A stretch of 64,000 bases of DNA from Candidatus Poribacteria bacterium (lineage in GTDB: Bacteria > Poribacteria > WGA-4E > WGA-3G): the NCBI GenBank assembly GCA_965214095.1, contig OZ243938.1:2560001-2624000 (forward strand). Direction: 5' to 3'. Under the pieces are notes generated by a model. That model worked only from the letters and a program-made list of their open reading frames with translations. It was not told the DNA's origin and searched no databases. The number at the start of each line of letters is the position of its first letter. Positions within the stretch are counted from its first letter, which is position 1. Positions 40,002 to 48,781 of this stretch are shown in pieces. The position numbers were made by a program, and so were the translations under genes.

Positions 40002-41009
40002 ATCTTAGTTCCAGTAATAGACAAAAATCAACACCCTCTCATGCCTACAAAACCCTCACGGGCGAGGCGTTGGATACAAACAGGGAAAGCGACACCCTTT
40101 TGGAATAATGGTATATTTTGCGTCCGACTCAATGTTGATCCATCAGACACTGAACTCCAAGACATAGTGGTTGGTGTGGATCCTGGTAGTAAGAAAGAAG
40201 GCTTTAGTGTGAAATCAGAGAAACGGACTTATCTGAATGTGCAAGCGGACGCACATAACAAGGTTGGTAAAAAGGTTGAAAAAAGACGTGAACTTCGTAG
40301 ATGTAGACGTTCACGGAAGTGTCCTAATCGGAAAAATAGGACAAACAAACTTGCTAACAGAGAACGTCTACCTGCTGGCACGCGTGCGAGATGGGATTGG
40401 AAGTTAAGGGTCCTTAATTGGTTATCTAAACTCTATCCTATTAGTCATGTATGTGTAGAAGACATCAAAGCACGGACTATCAAATGCGCTAAAAAGTGGA
40501 ATCAATCTTTTAGTCCATTGGAAGTTGGTAAGCAGTGGTTCTATACTGAAATCAAGAAGCGATGGCACCTGCTAACACTCCAAGGATACGAAACAAAGGA
40601 AATCCGTGATAGGCTTGGGTTGAAAAAGTCTAAACAGAAGTTAGCAGAAACCTTTGACACACATTGTGTGGATAGTTGGTGTCTTGCTTATCATACTGTC
40701 GGCGGTGATAGCATACCAGATACGACAGATATATTCTGTATATCACCCATACCGATAGCCAGACGCAATCTACACAGAGAACAACCGAAAAAAGGGGGTA
40801 TCCGTTCACGATATGGTGGCACTTTGCTAAAAGAAGGATTGGTCAAGAACACACTTGTCAAGCATATCAAATATGGATTGACAAGATTAGCAGGTGTCAA
40901 CGCAAAAGGATTGTTTTCAATCTATAGCATTGATGGGGAACGATTGACAACGGGTGCAAAACAAAGAGATTTCAAGGTGTTAACTAAACTAAACTTTCAA
41001 TATAGATAG
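40002..41009 (+). CDS. isrB: IsrB RNA-guided nickase (PLMP, split RuvC, no HNH), 335 aa
   Basis: PLMP motif, RuvC-I GVDPG, Arg-rich bridge helix RRELRRCRRSR, RuvC-II VEDI, RuvC-III HCVD, with no HNH/CxxC insertion. GGAGG RBS points to ATC at 40002. Confidence 0.88.
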   Translation: MLVPVIDKNQHPLMPTKPSRARRWIQTGKATPFWNNGIFCVRLNVDPSDTELQDIVVGVDPGSKKEGFSVKSEKRTYLNVQADAHNKVGKKVEKRRELRRCRRSRKCPNRKNRTNKLANRERLPAGTRARWDWKLRVLNWLSKLYPISHVCVEDIKARTIKCAKKWNQSFSPLEVGKQWFYTEIKKRWHLLTLQGYETKEIRDRLGLKKSKQKLAETFDTHCVDSWCLAYHTVGGDSIPDTTDIFCISPIPIARRNLHREQPKKGGIRSRYGGTLLKEGLVKNTLVKHIKYGLTRLAGVNAKGLFSIYSIDGERLTTGAKQRDFKVLTKLNFQYR

Positions 41010-41079
41010 GAACGGGCATTTCTCCCCGTGCTAAAGCAGCGGGGTCTCCTGCCCGATGATTAGATGAGAAGAACAACTG

Positions 41080-42231
41080 ATGAATTATGATTTAACAATC
41101 AAAAACGGAACTTTGATTGATCCCGCACAAGGTGTTCATGAACAAAGAGATATTGCGTTCTCAGAGGGACGCGTCTCAAAAGTCAGTGATGATATACCAT
41201 CCACAGAAACACATGAGATTGTGGATGCAGAGGGTTGTTATGTTACACCGGGTTTGATAGATTTACATGTGCATGTATTCCACGGTGTCAGTCATTTCGG
41301 TATTGAACCTGATCCGACTTGTTTGGCACGTGGTGCGACAACAGTTGTTGATGCGGGGTCCGCAGGGGCGGACACTTTCCCCGGATTTCGTAAGTATGTC
41401 ATCAATGTTAGTGATACTCGTATACTCGCTCAATTGAACATATCTTCACAAGGTATGTTAACACGTGAGATCGGAGAATTAGAAAACCCCGATTATGCTG
41501 ATGTTGACAAAGCATGCAGAATGATTGAGCAGCATCGTGATATTATTTTAGGTGTCAAGGTACGGTTGACGCGAGAATCAATCGTAGGAAAGCGCGCGGG
41601 TATGCAACCACTCTATAGAGCACGCGAGGCTGCTGATGCTGCACAACTTCCTTTGATGGTACACCCTCAAGACGCTTGGTGTGATTCTATAGACGATATT
41701 TTAGCTGTGATGGGTAAACGCGATATACTTACCCACTGCTTTCATGACATGGCATGCGGCATTTTAGATGAAAAGGGAAGGGTGCGCGATTCTGTGCACG
41801 ATGCCATTGAACGTGGTGTTATATTTGACGTTGGACATGGTGCCGGTTCTTTTAGTTGGGATATTGTTCAGAAAGCTATGGAACAAGGCGTTGAACCGAC
41901 AACGATTTCTTCTGACTTGCATGTCTACAATATCAACGGTCCGGTTTATGATTTGGTCAATGTTGTCAACAAATTCCTCTATCTCGGTATGTCAATTGAT
42001 GATGCATTGGCGAAAGTAACAAGTATCCCCGCAGACACGATACTCATGCCGAAACAGGTTGGAACGTTAGCAGAAGGCGCATGGGGAGATGCAGTTATCT
42101 TTGAGATGCGTGACGGAGAATTCCAATTGGTAGACGCAAACGGTAAAGTCAAAATCTGTAGGCAAAAACTTGAACCTATCGTTGTAATTAAAGGTGGTAA
42201 TATTTATCGGCAAAGGAGTATGCAAAACTAA
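41080..42231 (+). CDS. Amidohydrolase / dihydroorotase-like metallohydrolase
   Basis: PGLIDLHVH, GATTVVDAGSAG, DVGHGAGSF, ISSDLH. Confidence 0.9.
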   Translation: MNYDLTIKNGTLIDPAQGVHEQRDIAFSEGRVSKVSDDIPSTETHEIVDAEGCYVTPGLIDLHVHVFHGVSHFGIEPDPTCLARGATTVVDAGSAGADTFPGFRKYVINVSDTRILAQLNISSQGMLTREIGELENPDYADVDKACRMIEQHRDIILGVKVRLTRESIVGKRAGMQPLYRAREAADAAQLPLMVHPQDAWCDSIDDILAVMGKRDILTHCFHDMACGILDEKGRVRDSVHDAIERGVIFDVGHGAGSFSWDIVQKAMEQGVEPTTISSDLHVYNINGPVYDLVNVVNKFLYLGMSIDDALAKVTSIPADTILMPKQVGTLAEGAWGDAVIFEMRDGEFQLVDANGKVKICRQKLEPIVVIKGGNIYRQRSMQN

Positions 42232-42320
42232 GGAGAGATACTCAGGACAGTGTGCAAATTGTTCTGTCAAAAATAGTTATTTGATCTAAGTAAAAGGAAG
42301 TTAGTTAGGAGAAGCAACCC

Positions 42321-44195
42321 ATGAAATCCCAAGATGATGTTGAACAACAATATTATGAGGCTGTAGATATGCTTGTAGAAAGGGTTGAGAAAGACCCGTA
42401 CATCCTTGCAGCTATTGTTGCAGGGAGTTTTTCTTATGCACAGGTATGGGAAAAGTCAGATTTGGATGTTGAAATCATTGGTCAGGATGGCATTCGTCCT
42501 ACACAATCACACTTTTCACTTGTAGAAAATGGTGTTAACATACATGCGAATATATCTCCACGCAGTTCCTTCAAGCGGTCAATTGAGAGTGCACAACAGG
42601 GGTCGTTCATGCATTCGTACTTCTCTCATAGCACGCTCCTATTCTCAAAGGACGATTCTATCAAGGAATGGTATGACAAGAACGCGAGTCGTGATAGCAT
42701 CGGGGAACGTGATAAGCAACTTCAAATCCTAAACGTTATTGCTGAGGTGCTGCCAAGTCTTGTTTATGCAGAAAAACAGTTTTATGTCAATCAAGATATC
42801 CCAACCAGTTTTTTGACACTTCTATCTGTAGTGGAAGATTTAGCACGGATAGAGGTGCTTCTGAACAATCAGATTCCGGCGCGCGAAGTAATCCAACCTG
42901 CCCTGAATTACAACTCAGCTTTCTTTGAACATGTATATACCAATCTGATAAACTGTGAAAAGAACGCAACAGTCATTCAAGATGCAATTGACGCTATCAA
43001 TGCATATATTGATGAACGGCAGTTTATCTTCCAACCCATATTTGACTATTTGGAAAAACAGAAAGGACCGCGTTCGAATTCTGAGATGAATGCACATTTC
43101 CATCCAAAATTCCGAGATGCTTCTGTAGATATGATATGTCAATGGTTAACATGGAAAGGAGTAATTCAGCAGGTTTCTGTGCCAATTAAACTGACCGTCA
43201 AAAGCCAAGTTGAAGTTGAAGAACCGGCATATTATATAGATAATACAGAAGCTGATGCTATTTCACCTCGCATGAAATCTGACATACATGCTGATATTGA
43301 AAATGCAGTGGAAACTTTCACGGACACTATTTCTGAGGATCGTTACATAGTCGCTGCTATACTCACAAGTAATTTAGCGGAAGAAAATGTGTGGGAAAAA
43401 ACAAATGTCCATATCTCACTCATAATGCGAGACGGAACTAAGTATCGTCAAAGGCAGTGTCAATTAATAGAGGATGGGATTCCTATCCGAGTTACTCACT
43501 ATACACGCGACCAGTTTAAAAAGATGTTAGAAAGGAACTTACAAGGCAGTCAAATACATTCCATTCTATTACAGAGTGAAATTCTCTTTACGAAAGATCC
43601 CACGCTGACTGAATTACTTGAAGACCTTGATGTTATTGGAGAACGTGATAAACAATCACAGGTATTTAACGCCGCTGGTTGCTTAACGACAATACTTGCG
43701 AAAACACAAAAGTGGTTCTATGTTAAGAAGGATTACGATTATACCTTTTATTATTTGATGTATACAGTCAAGCAATTAGCAATTATAGAAACCATACTGC
43801 ATGGTGAGTCCCCAAAACGTAAGGTCATCTATCAAGCTATCAAACATAACCCTAAGTTCTTTAATACAATTTTTACCGATATTCTCAATATCCCGAAGGA
43901 TGAGAAAGTCTTAGGCAATGTGTTAGATTTGATTGAAACTTACTTAGAAGACAATGTACACACTTTTTTCAAACCATTGCTTGATTTCTTAGAGGAATCT
44001 GGAGGTGAACGTTCACTGTCTGATATATATGATCATTTCGGTAGCAGGCAGTTGTGGATTAACATGGTATGTGAATGGCTTGCTCAAAAGGAAATTCTTG
44101 AGCAGTTTTCTACACCGATCAAATTGACAAAGGACAGCAAAGTTTCCGTTGAAGAACCATCTTATTATTTTGATGTGGATAACCCTTTTTTATAG
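42321..44195 (+). CDS. Internally duplicated nucleotidyltransferase-fold protein
   Basis: Two ~305-aa repeats each ending VEEP.YY; the first has GSFSY..VWEKSDLD. Confidence 0.75.
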   Translation: MKSQDDVEQQYYEAVDMLVERVEKDPYILAAIVAGSFSYAQVWEKSDLDVEIIGQDGIRPTQSHFSLVENGVNIHANISPRSSFKRSIESAQQGSFMHSYFSHSTLLFSKDDSIKEWYDKNASRDSIGERDKQLQILNVIAEVLPSLVYAEKQFYVNQDIPTSFLTLLSVVEDLARIEVLLNNQIPAREVIQPALNYNSAFFEHVYTNLINCEKNATVIQDAIDAINAYIDERQFIFQPIFDYLEKQKGPRSNSEMNAHFHPKFRDASVDMICQWLTWKGVIQQVSVPIKLTVKSQVEVEEPAYYIDNTEADAISPRMKSDIHADIENAVETFTDTISEDRYIVAAILTSNLAEENVWEKTNVHISLIMRDGTKYRQRQCQLIEDGIPIRVTHYTRDQFKKMLERNLQGSQIHSILLQSEILFTKDPTLTELLEDLDVIGERDKQSQVFNAAGCLTTILAKTQKWFYVKKDYDYTFYYLMYTVKQLAIIETILHGESPKRKVIYQAIKHNPKFFNTIFTDILNIPKDEKVLGNVLDLIETYLEDNVHTFFKPLLDFLEESGGERSLSDIYDHFGSRQLWINMVCEWLAQKEILEQFSTPIKLTKDSKVSVEEPSYYFDVDNPFL

Positions 44196-44232
44196 CAATG
44201 ATTTCTTATCTATGAAAGACAAGGAGTATATT

Positions 44233-44475
44233 ATGACTGAGATAGGTGTTCATGAAGCAAGAGTACATTTATCTAATCTTTTGAAGCGAGTTGAAAATGG
44301 TGAAAGTTTCTCTATTACGAATAGAGGGAAAGTAATTGCAGTTATGGCTCCACCAAATGATGTAACGAAAAAAGATGCAGACGAAGCATATACAAGCTTA
44401 GTTGAATTGATAACTAAACATCCAATTGGGACAGTTCAAGAGGTGATGAATTGGAAAAACGAAGGTCGAAGATGA
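44233..44475 (+). CDS. Phd/YefM-family antitoxin
   Basis: MTEIGVHEARVHLSNLLKRVENGESFSITNRGK; AAGGAG RBS. Confidence 0.9.
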   Translation: MTEIGVHEARVHLSNLLKRVENGESFSITNRGKVIAVMAPPNDVTKKDADEAYTSLVELITKHPIGTVQEVMNWKNEGRR

Positions 44476-44891
44476 TAGTAGTTGATTGTTCAATTCTTAT
44501 TTCTGGGTTGCTACCTGATGAAACAGTTCAAGAAGGAAAGAACCTATTAGATGACCTTAGAGAAGGTGTAACTGAGGCTGTTGTCCCATCGTTATTTTAT
44601 CAAGAAATTAGTAATGTTTTATTAATGGCATATAGACGTAACCGAATCAATCGTGATACGATGTTTCAGTATCTTAATGTTGTTATGATTTTACCAGTTA
44701 CCATTGATATTGAGGCGGCAACAAACGAAAATACAATGAAGGAGGTTTGCGAATTAGCAGATAAGTACGGATTGACAACTTATGATGCATGTTACCTTGA
44801 ACTTACCATTCGTAAAGGTATCACTTTAGCAACATTAGATTCAGATTTGTATAAAGTCGCAGCCCAGTTAGGTGTCGCATATTCACTTTAG
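44472..44891 (+). CDS. vapC: VapC PIN-domain toxin
   Basis: IVVDCS, EISNVL, YDACYL, LATLD; ATGA overlap with the antitoxin gene. Confidence 0.9.
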   Translation: MIVVDCSILISGLLPDETVQEGKNLLDDLREGVTEAVVPSLFYQEISNVLLMAYRRNRINRDTMFQYLNVVMILPVTIDIEAATNENTMKEVCELADKYGLTTYDACYLELTIRKGITLATLDSDLYKVAAQLGVAYSL

Positions 44892-44971
44892 AATTATTTG
44901 GATTGTACTATTTCACGATAATTATGTCTATTTTACTCATAAAAATATTATGCTAAGTAAGGAGGAAGCAA

Positions 44972-47842
44972 ATGAGACAAACGGTCTCAGTTAAAGGAGC
45001 GCGAGAAAATAACCTACAAAATATAGAATTAGAGATACCACGCGATCAACTTGTCGTTGTTACGGGAATTAGCGGTTCCGGTAAATCTTCACTGGCGTTT
45101 GATACCGTCTATGCTGAAGGACAACGCAGATTCTTGGAATCAATGTCTACTTATGCCAAACGATTTATCACACAACTAAAAAGACCTGATGTTGACTTTA
45201 TTGACGGGTTGTCGCCAGTTGTTTCAATTGAACAGAAGACCATTACAGCCAATCCACGCTCAACCGTCGGCACGATGACCGACTTGCAAGATTATCTGCG
45301 AATGCTTTTCGCAACTATCGGCGTGTCCCACTGCCCCTATTGTGAAACAGAAATCCCTATCAGAACTAATTATCAAATTGTGGAACGCCTTCTCTCCTTT
45401 CCAGAAGATACAGAAGTAGAAATACATGCCCCAGTCTTTAAAATATACGGTGAAGATTATGAATACCTTTTTGATGATATTAGGACTAAAGGATGTAGAC
45501 ACGTCCGCATTGACAGCGTTGAACACGATATTAGTGAAGAAATAGAATTAGATCAGGATAAAACTTACGACATTCAAGTTATCGTTGACAAGTTCTTTGT
45601 TAAAAAGGACATAAACAAGCAGGTCCTTGCCTCCTTAGAACATGCGTTGTTAGTCGGTGAAGGTTTCATGCGTTTCCAGGTACAACTGCCGGACGATGAA
45701 GATGAGGATATTGACGAATTGCTCAGTGACTTCGGGTGTCCGGAACACGGAGTGTTGATGTGCCAATTGGGACCACACCACTTTACCTTTAATGAACCAA
45801 CTGGTGCTTGTGTGACTTGCTCAGGTTTAGGAACTTATCTGCAAGTCCATCCCAACCTACTTGTACCTGATAAGACAAGAAGTATTGCTGACGGTGCGTT
45901 TGTTAAGCAGGCGTTCAACTATGAGCCGGACAGATGGGATGGGCGGATGATGTTTAGTCTTGCCCAACACTACAAGTTCGACCTTGACATGCCATTTTCT
46001 GATCTCCCTGATGAGATCGTGGATATTGTGTTTTATGGCACTCACGGTGAAGAATTTCCACTGTGTCAAGCAGAAGATGCGAAACCGATGCAAGAGCGCC
46101 ATCTCGGCATGCCTGTCCGATTTGATGGTATTATCACGCGTATTGACAGACGTTACCGTCGTTATCGCAAACAGGGAGAAGCACACTCAGGTATGGAAGA
46201 ATATCTACGAAAAGTCATGGTGGAACACACTTGTCCAGATTGCCACGGTGCAAAACTAAAACGTCAACGACTGCTTGTGACTATTGATGAAAAAACAATC
46301 CATGATGTAGGTGAATTGCATCTTGAACAGTTGCGAGATTTTCTATCTGAAATCTCAGATTTACCAGAAAAGCAACGAGAAGCGGGGGAACGGGTCATCA
46401 AAGAATTGATCGCTCGCATAGAATTGCTACTTGGAATCGGCTTGGATTACCTAAATCTCAACAGACGCGCTGCAACACTATCTGGCGGTGAGTCCCAACG
46501 TATTCGTCTTTCTACACAAATCGGTTCGGGGTTAATGGGGATGTTGTATGTCCTTGATGAACCGAGTATCGGATTACATCCGAAAGACAATGTTAAGATG
46601 ATAGAGACATTACGGAAACTGCGGGATATCGGCAACACTGTGATTGTCGTTGAGCACGATGAAAGTACTATACGAGCTGCAGACCACATAATTGAGATGG
46701 GACCTGGTCCTGGAGTTCACGGTGGGTATGTGGTTATCCAAGGTTCCTTTGATAAAATCATAAAGAGCAACAAATCTTTGACGGGTCTGTATATGAGTGG
46801 AAAACGTGAGATTCCAATGCCTATAGAACGACGCAACTTAAATGGCAAATTCTTGAGCGTCAAAGGGGCGAGAGAAAACAACCTACAAAATATAGATGTT
46901 CAGATTCCGTTAGGTGTGTTTATCTGTATCACAGGAGCATCTGGCTCGGGTAAAAGCACGTTGCTTAACGAAATTATCTACAAAAGGCTCTATTCTATTT
47001 ACCATGATAGTCGCACACTTTACGGTGACCATGATGAGTTAGAGGGACACGAACACATTAGCAATGTGATCAACATCGACCAATCTCCCATAGGACGTTC
47101 TCCACGTTCAAACCCAGCCACCTATATCGGTTTTTATGACAATATCCGTAAACTTTTTGCGAGTACACCTACAGCGGAATTGCGTGGCTATACCGCCTCT
47201 CGCTTCAGTTTCAACGTTAAAGGTGGACGATGTGAGGAATGTCACGGTGAAGGTACAATCACTACACAGCTGCACTTTATGCCGGATGTTGAGGTAACAT
47301 GTCCTACTTGTAAAGGTGCGCGCTACAATGACGACACACTTGAAGTCACCTATAATGATAAGAACATATCCGAAATTCTTGAGATGTCAATTGAAGAGGG
47401 AGTGGACTTCTTTAATGACCAACGGTTGATATGCCACAAATTGGGTGTTCTTAACGAACTCGGTCTCGGTTATCTCAAAATTGGACATCCTGCCCCTATC
47501 CTTTCGGGTGGTGAGGCGCAGCGGGTTAAACTTGCGAATGAACTGAGTAAACTCAAACGCGGAAAACAGAATCTCTATATTCTTGATGAACCGACGACGG
47601 GGCTGCACCTTGCGGATATTCAAAAACTTCTGGATAGTATTGGTCGTCTGGTAGATTCTGGACATACGGTGATTGTGATTGAGCATCATCTGGATGTGAT
47701 TAAGACCGCTGATTATGTGATTGACCTTGGTCCTGAAGGTGGACATAAGGGTGGACAGCTTTTAGCACAGGGAACCCCAGAGGAAATTGCAAAGGTACGT
47801 AAGTCATTTACAGGTAAGTTTTTGAAAGAACATCTGGCATAG
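44972..47842 (+). CDS. uvrA: Excinuclease ABC subunit A
   Basis: Two ABC ATPase modules ([21 protein letters not shown]) and zinc fingers. Confidence 0.95.
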   Translation: MRQTVSVKGARENNLQNIELEIPRDQLVVVTGISGSGKSSLAFDTVYAEGQRRFLESMSTYAKRFITQLKRPDVDFIDGLSPVVSIEQKTITANPRSTVGTMTDLQDYLRMLFATIGVSHCPYCETEIPIRTNYQIVERLLSFPEDTEVEIHAPVFKIYGEDYEYLFDDIRTKGCRHVRIDSVEHDISEEIELDQDKTYDIQVIVDKFFVKKDINKQVLASLEHALLVGEGFMRFQVQLPDDEDEDIDELLSDFGCPEHGVLMCQLGPHHFTFNEPTGACVTCSGLGTYLQVHPNLLVPDKTRSIADGAFVKQAFNYEPDRWDGRMMFSLAQHYKFDLDMPFSDLPDEIVDIVFYGTHGEEFPLCQAEDAKPMQERHLGMPVRFDGIITRIDRRYRRYRKQGEAHSGMEEYLRKVMVEHTCPDCHGAKLKRQRLLVTIDEKTIHDVGELHLEQLRDFLSEISDLPEKQREAGERVIKELIARIELLLGIGLDYLNLNRRAATLSGGESQRIRLSTQIGSGLMGMLYVLDEPSIGLHPKDNVKMIETLRKLRDIGNTVIVVEHDESTIRAADHIIEMGPGPGVHGGYVVIQGSFDKIIKSNKSLTGLYMSGKREIPMPIERRNLNGKFLSVKGARENNLQNIDVQIPLGVFICITGASGSGKSTLLNEIIYKRLYSIYHDSRTLYGDHDELEGHEHISNVINIDQSPIGRSPRSNPATYIGFYDNIRKLFASTPTAELRGYTASRFSFNVKGGRCEECHGEGTITTQLHFMPDVEVTCPTCKGARYNDDTLEVTYNDKNISEILEMSIEEGVDFFNDQRLICHKLGVLNELGLGYLKIGHPAPILSGGEAQRVKLANELSKLKRGKQNLYILDEPTTGLHLADIQKLLDSIGRLVDSGHTVIVIEHHLDVIKTADYVIDLGPEGGHKGGQLLAQGTPEEIAKVRKSFTGKFLKEHLA

Positions 47843-47883
47843 TTTGATAGTGTTCTTGTTCTTTCTTATCTATTTTGATGTAA

Positions 47884-48111
47884 TACCATTTCTAATAGAA
47901 AACATCGCATTTTTGTAGCACAAACTGCATGAAAATTAATTTATTAAACGGGTAATTCTTATTTTCTCAAACCCGGTAGGAGCGGTTTCCTAACCGCTCC
48001 GGACTTCACAAGGAAATTACCCAATTTATTTCTTAATCTTCATCCAGTTTGTGCCGTCCTTCAAGACATTCTTAACAGATGTTAATGGGATAAACATTTA
48101 TAGAAATGGTA
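47884..48111. mobile_element. MITE family A copy 3, interrupted by a nested element
   Basis: TAA|TACCATTTCTA...TAGAAATGGTA|TAA; 116 bp longer than copies 1 and 2. Confidence 0.85.
47929..48043. mobile_element. Nested MITE family D (TIR ATGAARATTAA, GTAGGAGCGGTTTCCTAACCGCTCC core)
   Basis: Present here but absent from the two other family-A copies. Inverted ends ATGAAAATTAA/TTAATCTTCAT and inner GGGTAATT/AATTACCC. Confidence 0.8.
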
Positions 48112-48147
48112 TAAGTTTACGTGAGTGCAGTCCAAACTACTTGTAAT

Positions 48148-48180
48148 AAAAAGGACACGGCAATTCATGTCGTGTCCTTT
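48148..48180. terminator. Intrinsic terminator between uvrA and the convergent gene
   Basis: AAAAAGGACACGGCA...TGTCGTGTCCTTT hairpin with flanking A/T runs. Confidence 0.7.
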
Positions 48181-48201
48181 GTGTTTTCTATTGGTTTATG
48201 G

Positions 48202-48588
48202 TTATTCTTGTGATTGTACGGAGAGATAAGATGTAAGAGTATAAAAAATTGAACCAGCGAGACAGCCGATCATGGCAGCTTGACCGCGTTGTTTCTTTAC
48301 TTCTCGATTGTATGTGTCTGTATAGAATGACACGTAATCCGCTGACTTGCCAACTAATCGAGCGGCAGGCACTTGAGGTTTGTCAATGTATACATAGGCA
48401 ACAGCACATACACCGCAAAAAAAGCCACCAACTCCCCAAGATATGGGAGAAACATCTTGTCCCACATCACGACGCGCATCTGCTTCTGCTTGTTGTACTT
48501 CTGTCATTTGCGCGTATGTTGAAATCGGATACAACATAGTTGTGAACAATAATAATATAACTGTTGAAAAAGCAATTGCTTTTTTCAT
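48202..48588 (-). CDS. Small exported/membrane hypothetical protein
   Basis: AAGGAG RBS, signal peptide, two glycine-rich hydrophobic segments. Confidence 0.75.
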   Translation of the reverse strand: MKKAIAFSTVILLLFTTMLYPISTYAQMTEVQQAEADARRDVGQDVSPISWGVGGFFCGVCAVAYVYIDKPQVPAARLVGKSADYVSFYTDTYNREVKKQRGQAAMIGCLAGSIFYTLTSYLSVQSQE

Positions 48589-48781
48589 TGTTTACTCCTT
48601 TAAAAAATATATTGTTTCATTTCTATAACGCCATACTTCTGGATAAAGTTTACATTTTGGTGTAGTGTCACATTTTGAATAGTGATTTATAATACCAACA
48701 CCACTCAAAAATAACAAGCATAATAATCTGAAATATGATAAACTAATTGATATACTGGAATATATTCAACAGGAGAAAACG

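Larger units (their letters stand above)
39798..41063 (+). mobile_element. Non-autonomous IS200/IS605-family element encoding IsrB
   Basis: Left end GTCAATAACCCCGTGCTAAAGCATCGGGGCTT; right end CCCCGTGCTAAAGCAGCGGGG repeats the same subterminal hairpin. ATGA follows at 41064. No tnpA. Confidence 0.88.

Noticed and set aside
39810-41009. 399-aa ORF as IscB or a Cas9-like nuclease
   Set aside because: No HNH or CxxC insertion between RuvC-II and RuvC-III, so it is IsrB. The first 64 codons run through the omegaRNA and are probably not translated.
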